A stretch of 64,000 bases of DNA from an uncultured bacterium (lineage in GTDB: Bacteria; Fidelibacterota; UBA2242; JAFGTP01): positions 513 to 64,512 of the forward strand of contig CAZCHS010000002.1 of the NCBI GenBank assembly GCA_964498725.1, read 5' to 3'. The notes under the pieces were generated by a model. That model did no database searches, was not told the DNA's origin, and worked only from the letters and a program-made list of their open reading frames with translations. Shown piece by piece: positions 1 through 9,915 of this stretch. Position 1 is the first letter of the stretch. Every line of letters begins with the position of its first letter. The position numbers were made by a program, and so were the translations under genes.

Positions 1-207
1 ACCACATCACAGGCAGAAGTCGATTTCATCAAGGATGAAAGAATTCCTATTGAAATTAAAAAAAGGCCAAAAGTCACCCGTGCTTTCCAAAGTTTTATTA
101 AAAAATACCAGCCGGAAGAAGGATATGTGATTTCTGAAATAGAAAAAGAGAGCATAATAAAAAATGGGTGTAAAATACATTTTTTGCCTTTTGGGAAGTT
201 CATATAA
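1..207 (+). CDS. 3' fragment of a DUF4143-type (COG1373-like) AAA+ ATPase; the 5' end lies outside the window
   Basis: Frame 1 is open from the window edge to TAA at 205-207. The tail reads ...QAEVDFIKDERIPIEIKKRPK..., the EVDF...IPIE(V/I)K pattern I associate with the C-terminal DUF4143 module. It is too short to appear in the ORF track. Confidence 0.4.
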   Translation, partial: TTSQAEVDFIKDERIPIEIKKRPKVTRAFQSFIKKYQPEEGYVISEIEKESIIKNGCKIHFLPFGKFI

Positions 208-223
208 TTCAATGGAGAGAAAT

Positions 224-1060
224 TTACCTTTTTCTCATCCGCTGACAATTGGAGCAATAATGTGTCCCCCGTTGAGCAACAATAATTTTTTTAATTGCTC
301 GCTGACATTTCGGGCAGGGGAGGCCGGTTCTGGCAAATACCTGCAGCGAGTATTGATTGCTGCCGCTGGCGCTGTCTGAGGAGACATAATTGGTCTGTCC
401 ATCGCCAAGTGACGTACCTTTATTCTGAATACCCTTCCTTAACACATTTTGGATAGCGAAAAAGAGTTTTTTCTGTTTCTGCCGTGAGATTGTTGATGCC
501 GGCTGCTCCGGATGAATGCCGGCTTCAAAAAGCGCTTCATCGGTGTAGATATTCCCCAGTCCGGCTACAATATTCTGGTCCAGCAGAACCGCTTTGATCT
601 TACGCTGTGTAGCCTGAAGTTTCTTAGAAAAATTTTTGAATTTAAAATCTTCCCCCAAGGGTTCTGGGCCTAATTTGCCCAGTTTTTCTTGAGGATTTTG
701 CGTTAAATAAAATCGTCCGAATTTTCGCGTATCATTATAAAACAACCGTTTGCCATTATCCAGCGAAATGATCAGGTGATCATGTTTGGTTTCCGTGGCA
801 TTTTTACCGGCGATGATCAGTTTACCCGTCATGCGCAGGTGCAGGATCAGAACCCAATTGCCGGATAAATGAAAGACAATATATTTCCCCCGTCGCGTGA
901 TGGTGTTAATCTTTTTACCAATGACAAGTTTACTGAATTCAGCCGGTTTATGGGTTGCCAGGACTTTTGGAAAATTTATGCGGACATCAGTAATTTTTTT
1001 GTTCTGTACCACTGGCAGTAAACTTTTGACAATTGTTTCAACTTCGGGGAGTTCAGGCAT
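224..1060 (-). CDS. mutM: Formamidopyrimidine-DNA glycosylase (Fpg/MutM)
   Basis: N-terminus is MPELPEVETIV (catalytic Pro2 after Met removal). C-terminal zinc finger is CPKCQ...THYCSNCQ. The track ORF starts one Met earlier (1063); the second Met gives the canonical N-terminus. Confidence 0.93.
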   Translation of the reverse strand: MPELPEVETIVKSLLPVVQNKKITDVRINFPKVLATHKPAEFSKLVIGKKINTITRRGKYIVFHLSGNWVLILHLRMTGKLIIAGKNATETKHDHLIISLDNGKRLFYNDTRKFGRFYLTQNPQEKLGKLGPEPLGEDFKFKNFSKKLQATQRKIKAVLLDQNIVAGLGNIYTDEALFEAGIHPEQPASTISRQKQKKLFFAIQNVLRKGIQNKGTSLGDGQTNYVSSDSASGSNQYSLQVFARTGLPCPKCQRAIKKIIVAQRGTHYCSNCQRMRKR

Positions 1061-1252
1061 CATTTCACCATTTTTATTATTTTTAAAATCATAATCAGCT
1101 TAATCGAAGACAAAATATAGCCAGCCCAATGTTCTATTTCCAGAAAAGTTTCAATTAATCGGCGATTGGTAGTGTTTTATTCAAAACCTTTTTTAAATTA
1201 GATCTATATAAATTAAAAGGGCAAGAAATTTTTATAATTTAAAGGAAACATT

Positions 1253-2671
1253 GTGAAAATATTTAAAATCACTAAAATCTCATTCGTCATTATCCTATTG
1301 TGGTCATCACTGGTTTTCGCTCAACAGCAGGAATGTTTTTTACTCATGGTTGGAAAAGAGGCTTCCGCAACCGGGCAGGTGCTTTTGGCGCATAATAATG
1401 ATTTGTCGGGCGATGAAGCCTCGATGGTTGTTCGCGTACCGGCAGGGCAAGGGATTGATTATTTACCTGATGACCAGTTTGATTTTGGTTCCCGCTATGA
1501 GATGTTAATTCTTCAAACCAATATCGGCTTCAAGGAAGGTGACGCGGTGGGAATTAATGAGAGGGGAGTGGCTGTTGCCGGTGGCTTATCCATGAAAAAA
1601 GACCGCAATAGTCAGATAAAAGAAACCGATCCCCTGATTAAATCCGGTTTAGGCGGTGGCGTGCGCTATTTTGCTTTGCAGCATGCAAAGACGGCTCGTG
1701 AATGTATAAACATTATAGGCCAGTGCTATGAACACTATGGTGTCAGCTATCTCAGCGGTTTCGGCATTGCTGATACCAATGAAATCTGGTATCTGGAAAC
1801 CGGTGGCGGAAAATCCTGGGCAGCAGTTAGAATTCCTGACGATCACTATTTTGTGGGCGCCAATAGTTACCGGATCGGTGAAATAGATTTATCTGATACG
1901 GCCAATGTTATCTGTTCCGATAACCTTAAAAACATTGCGAAAAATGGGCGGTTCAATTTCCAGCGCTCCTTTGGTGGCGGCTTTAGAGAAAAATCCGGCA
2001 ATAATCATTATAACACCAGGCGGATTTGGCGGGGTATTCATCTGCTGAATCCGGAAAAGGATATTTTTTCCGGGGATGAATATTTTCCGCTATCATGCAA
2101 TCCGAAAGAAAAAATCACATTAGAGCAGACCTTCGACCTGTTAAGAGATTACTATTCCGGAACAGAATTTAGCATCTATAAAAATGGAGAATTGAATGAT
2201 GAAGAAAGAGCCATTGCCAGCTGGCGATGTGTACATACCGATGTGATTACACTGACACCGGGAAAGCCTGTTGATTATGGCGCTGTTTTGTGGACCGGCC
2301 TGAGTACACCTTTCACGGCCATTTATGTTCCCTTTTATTATGGCATAGAATCGGTTCCAGAAGCCTACAGTTTTGCCCCAACATCCTATGATAAACAATC
2401 AGCTTTTTGGCTATTTAAACACCTGGGGGATTTGTGTCGACCGGATTACCCGCAGAAAATGAAGTCCTGGATAAAAAAGCGCGAACAATTTGAACAAATG
2501 ATAATTGAGGAGCATTGCGGAATCCTGAACAATATGAAAAGCCTTGATCCATTAGAGGGTAGAGAATATTTAACAGGCAGAACTCAGAAATTTTCAAATA
2601 CTGCTTTGAGAATGACAAAAGAAATGATTGATTCACTTGAAATGGAGCGGGATAAACCCCGGAGTGGGTGA
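1253..2671 (+). CDS. Secreted C69-family (Ntn-hydrolase) dipeptidase
   Basis: A signal peptide is followed by the nucleophile Cys context 'ECFLLMVGKEASATGQVLLAHNNDL', typical of peptidase C69. GTG start is preceded by AAAGGAAA. Confidence 0.7.
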   Translation: MKIFKITKISFVIILLWSSLVFAQQQECFLLMVGKEASATGQVLLAHNNDLSGDEASMVVRVPAGQGIDYLPDDQFDFGSRYEMLILQTNIGFKEGDAVGINERGVAVAGGLSMKKDRNSQIKETDPLIKSGLGGGVRYFALQHAKTARECINIIGQCYEHYGVSYLSGFGIADTNEIWYLETGGGKSWAAVRIPDDHYFVGANSYRIGEIDLSDTANVICSDNLKNIAKNGRFNFQRSFGGGFREKSGNNHYNTRRIWRGIHLLNPEKDIFSGDEYFPLSCNPKEKITLEQTFDLLRDYYSGTEFSIYKNGELNDEERAIASWRCVHTDVITLTPGKPVDYGAVLWTGLSTPFTAIYVPFYYGIESVPEAYSFAPTSYDKQSAFWLFKHLGDLCRPDYPQKMKSWIKKREQFEQMIIEEHCGILNNMKSLDPLEGREYLTGRTQKFSNTALRMTKEMIDSLEMERDKPRSG

Positions 2672-2691
2672 AGTGGCCCGTTTTGGAACAA

Positions 2692-4593
2692 TTACTTTGA
2701 TAGTTTACTCTTTACCTTTTCCATCAATTGCTCACGGGAAAAGGGTTTTTGGATGAAATTTCCACGGCTGATGTGCTTTTTATTGTCCAGGATCGAATCG
2801 GTATAACCGGAAATCAGAATATATTTGAGGTACTGATTTATTTTCAAAAAAGTTTCAATAATCTTTTCGCCGCTAACGCCCGGCAGCATGACATCACTGA
2901 TAACCAGATCAATATTAAAATATAATTTTTCAAAAATCGGCGCGGCTTCGTGATAATCTTTTGCTTCCAGGGTATCGTAGCCGAAATAGTTCAGGGTCTT
3001 TCTGACGTATTTTTTTACTTCTTGATTGTCTTCAATGATCAGAATCAGGCCCTTTCCATAAAAGTCCTCTTCCGATTCATCAATGTTTTCTAATTCCAAT
3101 TTAGCGGGAGATTCGACTAATGGGAAAGTAATCCGGAATTCCGTCCCAATACCTTTTTCACTGGTGACATAGATGTTTCCTTTACTTTGCACGATAATAC
3201 CGAAAACTGTGGACAGTCCCAGTCCGGTGCCCTTACCCATTTCTTTTGTGGTGTAAAAAGGATCAAAAATATGATCGATGGTCTCCCGGTCCATACCGGC
3301 ACCTGAATCCCGGACTGATATCATGGCATAGTCGGCGGGAGTATCCTTTGGAAAGTTTGAAGCGTTTTTATCATTAATAGTAATTTTTGAAACTTCGATA
3401 GTAATTGTACCACCATCCTGAATAGCATCTTTCGCGTTGAGAACAAGGTTTAATAAGACTTGCTCTATCTGCCGGGAGTCAATATTAATGTTAATGGGAT
3501 CATCTGAATATTTAAAAGTAATTGCATTATCATTTTTAACTACACTACTGAGCATTTTTTCAAAATTTTTGATCAGGATATTGGAATCGATAATAGCCGG
3601 ATGCAAGAGTTGTTTCCGGCTAAAAGCCAGTAGTTGGGTGGTCAGATCAGCGGCCTTTTTTCCGGCTTCCAGAATTTGCTCAACCGGTTCATAAAGCGGA
3701 TGATCCGGGTTGGTGGTATACATAATAATATCAGCATAGCCATTGATAACTGTCAGAAGATTGTTGAAATCATGAGCGACACCACCGGCTAATTGCCCGA
3801 TAGCCTCCATTTTTTGGGATTGTATCAGTTGATTCTGCAATTTCTTTTGCTCTTTCCTCAACTGATGGCTATGAGCGAGTTCCTCTTGCAGTTGTTGATT
3901 GGTTAATTCCAATTGTTTGGTTCTCAGGGTAACTTTTTTCTCTAAATTTTTATTAAGTTCAGAAACCTTATCTTTTTCTTTTTGCAGCAGAATTGATTGT
4001 AAAAAGTCATTGCGCATGGTGGATTCGATGATATAAGCGGCAGTGAGGGAGAGAAAATTAGCGGATATAAAAAAGAAATTATTGTTGATAATGTAAAGGA
4101 GAGGAGTGTTATTGTAAATTGCTGATGCCTGGTAGATCAGTATGATCAGAATACTCAGCGCCAGAGACCAAATAAACCGCAGACCGCTAAAGGTAAAGGC
4201 AAAAATAATGACGATAATTTCACCGGCATAATAGAGATATGTAACCGGAGGATGGGCAATGATGATCATAATGATAATGACCACGGCACAGACAAAATTT
4301 GTCACAAATAAGGCCGGTTGACTGATTTTTTTGTAGATTTTTTGAAAACTCAAAGCCAGTGTAAAAAGGGCGGCTGGCATGACAATGAAAAATCGCATTC
4401 CTAAGAAGAGATGGCTTTTTTCCGGAATCATCAAAACATCAAGAAAACTGAATAACAAGTAAAGAATTGTACCGAGTACCAGGGCAACCCGTTGCTGATA
4501 TATTTTCCGCTCCAGATAATAGTCCAGAAATTTCTGTTCAAGGTGTTTTTTGTTACCTTGAAATTTCAGCGTTATGGGATTTAAATAATTCAT
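2692..4593 (-). CDS. Hybrid sensor histidine kinase (polytopic membrane sensor, coiled coil, HisKA, HATPase_c, C-terminal receiver)
   Basis: Multiple hydrophobic helices in the first ~200 aa. H-box 'GGVAHDFNNLLTVINGYADI'. G-boxes 'DSGAGMD' and 'GTGLGLS'. Receiver 'LILIIEDNQ...DLVISDVMLPG'. Confidence 0.88.
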   Translation of the reverse strand: MNYLNPITLKFQGNKKHLEQKFLDYYLERKIYQQRVALVLGTILYLLFSFLDVLMIPEKSHLFLGMRFFIVMPAALFTLALSFQKIYKKISQPALFVTNFVCAVVIIIMIIIAHPPVTYLYYAGEIIVIIFAFTFSGLRFIWSLALSILIILIYQASAIYNNTPLLYIINNNFFFISANFLSLTAAYIIESTMRNDFLQSILLQKEKDKVSELNKNLEKKVTLRTKQLELTNQQLQEELAHSHQLRKEQKKLQNQLIQSQKMEAIGQLAGGVAHDFNNLLTVINGYADIIMYTTNPDHPLYEPVEQILEAGKKAADLTTQLLAFSRKQLLHPAIIDSNILIKNFEKMLSSVVKNDNAITFKYSDDPININIDSRQIEQVLLNLVLNAKDAIQDGGTITIEVSKITINDKNASNFPKDTPADYAMISVRDSGAGMDRETIDHIFDPFYTTKEMGKGTGLGLSTVFGIIVQSKGNIYVTSEKGIGTEFRITFPLVESPAKLELENIDESEEDFYGKGLILIIEDNQEVKKYVRKTLNYFGYDTLEAKDYHEAAPIFEKLYFNIDLVISDVMLPGVSGEKIIETFLKINQYLKYILISGYTDSILDNKKHISRGNFIQKPFSREQLMEKVKSKLSK

Positions 4594-4629
4594 TTTAATT
4601 TAATAGTGAAGGGGCGCTTTCAATTTTTG

Positions 4630-7590
4630 CTATTTGTAAATAATGGCGTTACCATGTTTCCCGTCCATTTTCACAACCGCCGGTCGTTTAAGTTTTACAT
4701 GACGAAAAAAATGACCATCCTCAATAACTTCCTGCCGGCAGAGCCATTTCCAGTCTAGATGGCAATCATCACTATTGACCGGAATCGATAAATACCCCAA
4801 TTCCATAGCGACGACATTATGAAAAAAATGTGTGCCCTGTGAAGGATCAATGTCAAAGTCTTTTATACCCGCTTCGATGATCACCTTTGCAAAAGATATA
4901 TCCACAAATTTTACTGGAATGCCTAAAAACCGGTCCTGCGATCCCCAGCGGCCGGGCCCGATAAGTATGTATTTTTGTCCCTGCTCTTTCATTTGTTTGT
5001 TAATTTTGGAAATTTCATTCCCCATTTGTTCAGTCTTGGTTTTATCAAAAGTTTCCGGCTTCACAAAAATGACATCCGTAAGATTGTCAATAACGCCGTT
5101 TCCCATACTGTGGCAGGAGGATAGAAATAATTCTTCTTTCGGAATATCCTGTGGAATTTCCACATCTTCCGAACGAATTGTCAGGGGCCTGACCTGGAGA
5201 ATATAAAAGGTCGGTTTGTTATACTCATTGTTCCTGTTCAGGTCAACGGCAAATTCGATTTCGGCGGGCATTCCCAGCGCGGTCTGGGCAATGTCCAGAA
5301 TATTTTCCATGATCTTGGCAAAAGGGATGTAATCATATTTGATAATATTGTCAAAATTAATAACCAGTGCCCCTTTGCGTTTTGTGCCGGGATACAGCCG
5401 GCTGTTCTGATAATCCCAGGTTGAGGCAACGTGATTTATGGATTCATGTTTTTTGGCTTCATAAATACTGAGTTTTTCCAGTGTGGAATCTTCGCCGTCA
5501 ATCAGGTCAATATTATTTTTTTCCAGGTTCAGGGCGTAAAAGGATTGCTGTGAATTTTTTAACTGGGCTTCAGGGAGGAGAAATTCCTTCTTAGGGTATT
5601 TGGGACTAAATCTGAAAATCCGGCCGCCTTCCACAACCCCTTTTCCCATGCCCACTGCCAGTGACACTATCCCATCTTTGTTTTTCATATCGGCAATGGG
5701 ATAAAAATTATAGGATTGCGCCACCCCGGAAAAGGTGGGATAGAAATATTTTTCGTTAAATTGATTACCCACAATTTGCTGAATGATAACTGCCATTTTT
5801 TCTTCATCCAACTGATGGGCCATATTTTCAATATATTCTCTTGTTTTGGAATTAAAAACAGAAGCGAAGACCAGTTTGATGGCATCGGTTAATTGTTTCA
5901 TACGAAATTTTTTTTCGGAATGGTTGTTGGGCAGCATAAAGGTTCTGTATATTCCGGCAAAAGGTTCGGCATAGGAGTCTTCCAGAAGTCCCGAACTTCG
6001 AACAGCGAGGGGATACCGTGCATTGTCCAGAATGATGTCCAACCGGTGCATCAGTTTATCTGTTAAGCGGCAGTTGATAAAAAATTCGTCAACTTCACGA
6101 TCAGTTTTATCATAAAGGTCTTCCTCGACAATATTATTAATCTCAATAAATTTATCAAATTCATTAGTACCGATAATAGCGGTATTGGGCAGAAAAACAT
6201 TAACTTCCGGGTATTTTTCATCAAAATCCATGGCTACCAGCAGGGAATTCAAAAATGCCAGGCCTCTGCCTTTTCCGCCGAGTGATCCACTGCAGAGGCG
6301 GGTTACTTCATTGGGGGCTAAATTAATATAATCGTAAAAATTGATGATCTTACCCCGGCCGTGAATTTTTTGAATATCAAGGATCGTTGATATCAAGTAG
6401 GCTCTTAACTCTTCAATAGAGGCAAAATCTTTATAGGTTAAGGGTTTTAACTTTCTGGCAATTTTGATTTCTCCCCGGGCCATTAACCAGGCGGAAAAAT
6501 GATTGGCTTCACTGTGAAACAGAATGGATTCGTTGGGGATCTGGTGGAGTTTCTCTTTAAATTCACCGAGGGTTTTTGCGCGGGTTAATTCTGTCTGGTC
6601 AGCTTTGCGAAAAATAAATTCACCAAAGCCCATGTGATTCAAGATGAAATTCTGCAATCGTCGCAGGAGCCGGGAAGAATATTTATAAAGAAAGAGTGAT
6701 TCTATTTCATCAGCATTTTTTTTATTGGAACGATCGGAAGAAAGAAGGACGGTGGGAATATCAAAAACACTTTCTTTGACGGCTGAAATCAGTTTAACGC
6801 CGGCATGCATATCCATTTCATCGTTAAAAGGATAACTGGTATCGGAGATCACACCAATGACGTATTCCTGGTATTGATTGAAAAATTCCATTGCGTCTTC
6901 CAGGTTGTGTACCAGAATTAATTTTGGGCGGGCGCGCATTCGTAGCCGTTTATTATTTTCAGCCACATCACTTTCAATCAGATACTGGGTCTGTTTCATG
7001 ATCTCCTGGTAAAGTAACGGCAGAAACATTGAATAATATTTAATGGAGTCTTCAACAATCAGGACTACGCGAACCAGGCCGTTTTGCGTATCCGATTCAC
7101 AGTTAATTTTATCTTCCAGGGATTTGATGATGGCCAGGAATAGTTTTGAATCGCCATTCCATAGAAAAATATCGTCGAAGAATTTTGTATCATCTTTATT
7201 TTTCAGATATTTAGTATCGGAAAGCATACTGAGTAAAAGCACTACCGGCAGATTGGGATCCTGTTGCTTGATGGTTTCAGCCAGGGTAAAAGGGGAGGTT
7301 TTACCGATGTGCATCATGGTAATGACCATATCAAATTTTTCATGCTCCAGCAACCTGAGAGCTTCCGTACCCGTTGGTACGCTGGTTATTTTGGGTACCA
7401 TGGAAAGATTTAATTCCCGGTATTCGCCAAAAATTTGCTGCGATAACTGGCCGTCTTGCTCAAACGTGTAGGCATCGTAAAAGGATGAGACCAGCAGAAT
7501 ACTTTCGATGCGGTCGGTCATCAGGTTGTGATAGCATTCATCACCGAATTTAAATTTATTGTAGTAGTAGATTAGTTCGTGCGCGTCCAT
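4630..7590 (-). CDS. Pseudo-receiver + receiver + PEP/pyruvate-binding (PPDK_N ATP-grasp) domain protein, function unknown
   Basis: REC1 is degenerate ('ILLVSS', 'DMVITMMHIG'). REC2 looks intact ('VVLIVEDS', 'VIGVISDTSYP'). PPDK_N motifs 'GGKGRGLAFLN' and 'LAVRSSGLLEDSYAEPFAGIY' are present. No TSHAA-type swivel-His motif was seen. Confidence 0.75.
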   Translation of the reverse strand: MDAHELIYYYNKFKFGDECYHNLMTDRIESILLVSSFYDAYTFEQDGQLSQQIFGEYRELNLSMVPKITSVPTGTEALRLLEHEKFDMVITMMHIGKTSPFTLAETIKQQDPNLPVVLLLSMLSDTKYLKNKDDTKFFDDIFLWNGDSKLFLAIIKSLEDKINCESDTQNGLVRVVLIVEDSIKYYSMFLPLLYQEIMKQTQYLIESDVAENNKRLRMRARPKLILVHNLEDAMEFFNQYQEYVIGVISDTSYPFNDEMDMHAGVKLISAVKESVFDIPTVLLSSDRSNKKNADEIESLFLYKYSSRLLRRLQNFILNHMGFGEFIFRKADQTELTRAKTLGEFKEKLHQIPNESILFHSEANHFSAWLMARGEIKIARKLKPLTYKDFASIEELRAYLISTILDIQKIHGRGKIINFYDYINLAPNEVTRLCSGSLGGKGRGLAFLNSLLVAMDFDEKYPEVNVFLPNTAIIGTNEFDKFIEINNIVEEDLYDKTDREVDEFFINCRLTDKLMHRLDIILDNARYPLAVRSSGLLEDSYAEPFAGIYRTFMLPNNHSEKKFRMKQLTDAIKLVFASVFNSKTREYIENMAHQLDEEKMAVIIQQIVGNQFNEKYFYPTFSGVAQSYNFYPIADMKNKDGIVSLAVGMGKGVVEGGRIFRFSPKYPKKEFLLPEAQLKNSQQSFYALNLEKNNIDLIDGEDSTLEKLSIYEAKKHESINHVASTWDYQNSRLYPGTKRKGALVINFDNIIKYDYIPFAKIMENILDIAQTALGMPAEIEFAVDLNRNNEYNKPTFYILQVRPLTIRSEDVEIPQDIPKEELFLSSCHSMGNGVIDNLTDVIFVKPETFDKTKTEQMGNEISKINKQMKEQGQKYILIGPGRWGSQDRFLGIPVKFVDISFAKVIIEAGIKDFDIDPSQGTHFFHNVVAMELGYLSIPVNSDDCHLDWKWLCRQEVIEDGHFFRHVKLKRPAVVKMDGKHGNAIIYK

Positions 7591-7746
7591 AGAATTCCTT
7601 GCATTTTTAAGTATTTAAGTTGACTAATTTCTTGATTAATTTTGAAAAAGCCAAAAAAATATACAGATATTTAGTCGTTTTTTGGTAATTTATAGTCTGT
7701 TTTTTAGATTTTAAGGGTAATTTTAAATACTAACCAAAGAGAGAAA

Positions 7747-9186
7747 ATGAATACTGAAACCAGAAATAAATTAATCGAAATGTTCGTAAGATGGTCCGGA
7801 GAAAAAGCCCTTGAGGTACAGAAACTACCCCGTTCCGGCTCTTACCGTGAATACATAAGAATATACGGCAAAACCAAAAGCGCCATTGGTACATTTAATG
7901 AAGATTACCAGGAAAACCAGGCTTTTTTATATTACAGTGAGCAATTTTGTGCGAAGAATTTAAATGTTCCCCGCATCTACCACAGCGACCTTGTGAATAA
8001 TATTTATTTGCAGGAGGATCTTGGGGATATAACGCTATATCAATATTTGTCGGAAATTTACCAGGGAGAAGAATTTCCGGATCAACTTAAAAGGACCTAT
8101 AAAAAAGTCATTAAGAATCTGCCTAAATTCCAGGTTGCCGGCAGCGAGAATCTGGATTTTTCTTATGCCTATCCCCGTCACAGTTTTGACAAGCAGTCCA
8201 TGATGTGGGACTTAAATTATTTTAAATATTATTTTCTTAAGCTGGCCAAGATTGGCTTTAACGAGCAGGAACTGGAAAAGGATTTTCATACCTTTACCGA
8301 TTATTTGTTGCAGACTGATTGCCATTATTTTTTATACCGGGATTTTCAATCCCGAAATATTATGCTGAAGCATGATGATGTCTATTTTATCGATTACCAG
8401 GGGGGAAGAGAGGGCGCGCTGCAATATGACCTGGCCTCGCTGCTTTACGACTCCAAGGCTAATATTCCTGAGCATGTGCGGTGGGAACTGTTGGAGTATT
8501 ACCTGAATGAACTGGAACAGTATATTCCGGTAAACAGGGAAGAGTTTTTGGAATATTTTCAGGGATATGTGCTGATTCGAATCATGCAGGCCATGGGGGC
8601 ATATGGTTTTCGTGGATTTTATGAAAAGAAGCGTCACTTCTTAAAATCAATTCCCTATGCTTTACAAAATCTGGAGTATTTACTGGAAAATTACCGAATG
8701 CCCCTGGAACTCCCCAGTCTTTTAAATGCCCTGAAAAAGATAACAAAATCACAGTTGTTACGAAATATTGTTAAAGAACAAAATGATCTCACGGTCACAA
8801 TTAAAAGTTTTTCTTATAAAAAAGGACTTCCCGTTGATACATCGGGGAATGGCGGGGGATTTATTTTTGATTGTCGCTGCCTCAGTAACCCCGGGCGGTA
8901 TGCAGAATTCAGCCGGTCTACAGGCAGAGACCAGGATGTGATTGAGTTTTTTCGTACCAAAGATGACGTTAAAAAATTTATAAAAAAGACAAATGGGATT
9001 GTAGATATGGCGGTGAATAATTACCTGGAACGGAATTTTACCCATTTGATGGTTAGTTTCGGTTGTACCGGCGGCCAGCACCGGTCTGTCTATTGCGCCG
9101 AAAATCTCGCCCGTCATTTGAAAGAAAAATATAGTCTGGCTGTTGATGTCAGCCATATGGAAAGCCATCTGTTTGAAACGGAGTGA
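7747..9186 (+). CDS. AmgK-like (APH-fold) sugar kinase fused to a RapZ C-terminal domain
   Basis: Kinase catalytic loop 'LYRDFQSRNIML' and 'YFIDYQGG' (HRDxxSRN...DFQ pattern of MurNAc/GlcNAc anomeric kinases). The C-terminal ~130 aa carry 'FIFDCRCLSNPGR' and 'FGCTGGQHRSVYCAENLA', matching the RapZ C-terminal motifs as I recall them. Confidence 0.75.
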   Translation: MNTETRNKLIEMFVRWSGEKALEVQKLPRSGSYREYIRIYGKTKSAIGTFNEDYQENQAFLYYSEQFCAKNLNVPRIYHSDLVNNIYLQEDLGDITLYQYLSEIYQGEEFPDQLKRTYKKVIKNLPKFQVAGSENLDFSYAYPRHSFDKQSMMWDLNYFKYYFLKLAKIGFNEQELEKDFHTFTDYLLQTDCHYFLYRDFQSRNIMLKHDDVYFIDYQGGREGALQYDLASLLYDSKANIPEHVRWELLEYYLNELEQYIPVNREEFLEYFQGYVLIRIMQAMGAYGFRGFYEKKRHFLKSIPYALQNLEYLLENYRMPLELPSLLNALKKITKSQLLRNIVKEQNDLTVTIKSFSYKKGLPVDTSGNGGGFIFDCRCLSNPGRYAEFSRSTGRDQDVIEFFRTKDDVKKFIKKTNGIVDMAVNNYLERNFTHLMVSFGCTGGQHRSVYCAENLARHLKEKYSLAVDVSHMESHLFETE

Positions 9187-9192
9187 TCAATT

Positions 9193-9915
9193 ATGAAAGC
9201 AGTCATTTTCGCAGCCGGACTTGGCACCCGGTTACAACCCCTGACTAATGATAAACCAAAAGCATTGGTTGAAATTGCCGGGAAAACACTGCTGGAACAC
9301 GCTATTAATTACCTCAAGAAATACGGTATTCAGGAATTTGTTATCAATATCCACCACTTTGGAGATTTGGTTGTGGAATATCTTGACCGGCATAATAATT
9401 TCGGGGTAACTATTCATATTTCCGATGAACGACAACAATTATTGAATACCGGTGGCGGCCTTGTAAAAATGGAGAAGTGGCTGGCCAATGATCCTTTTAT
9501 TGTCTATAATGTTGATATCATCACTGACATTGATTTAGATAAAATGGTAGCATTTCACCTCCGGAGTAAGGCGTTGGCAACATTAGCTGTCAGAAACCGG
9601 ACAACCAGCCGCTATCTGCTCTTTGATGATGATAATTATTTGCGTGGGTGGAAAAATATGAAAACCGGTGAAACGATTTATACCTGTCAAAATGCCGGCC
9701 ACCTGAATGCCTATGCTTTTAGTGGCGTACATGTCATTGATCCGGCGATATTTCAATATAAGCATGAGGAACAGATATTCTCGATTATTCACTGGTATCT
9801 TGACCTGGCAAAAGACAATCTGATCAGTGGTTATGTTCATGATGACTCTTTTTGGCTGGATGTGGGAAAGTTGTCGGCCTTGCCACTGGGGTACGATTAT
9901 ATGGTTAGCAAATAA
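9193..9915 (+). CDS. Sugar-1-phosphate nucleotidyltransferase, MurU-like
   Basis: N-terminal 'MKAVIFAAGLGTRLQPLTNDKPKALV' NTP_transferase signature. About 240 aa. GGAG RBS. Starts 6 nt after the kinase gene. Confidence 0.8.
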   Translation: MKAVIFAAGLGTRLQPLTNDKPKALVEIAGKTLLEHAINYLKKYGIQEFVINIHHFGDLVVEYLDRHNNFGVTIHISDERQQLLNTGGGLVKMEKWLANDPFIVYNVDIITDIDLDKMVAFHLRSKALATLAVRNRTTSRYLLFDDDNYLRGWKNMKTGETIYTCQNAGHLNAYAFSGVHVIDPAIFQYKHEEQIFSIIHWYLDLAKDNLISGYVHDDSFWLDVGKLSALPLGYDYMVSK

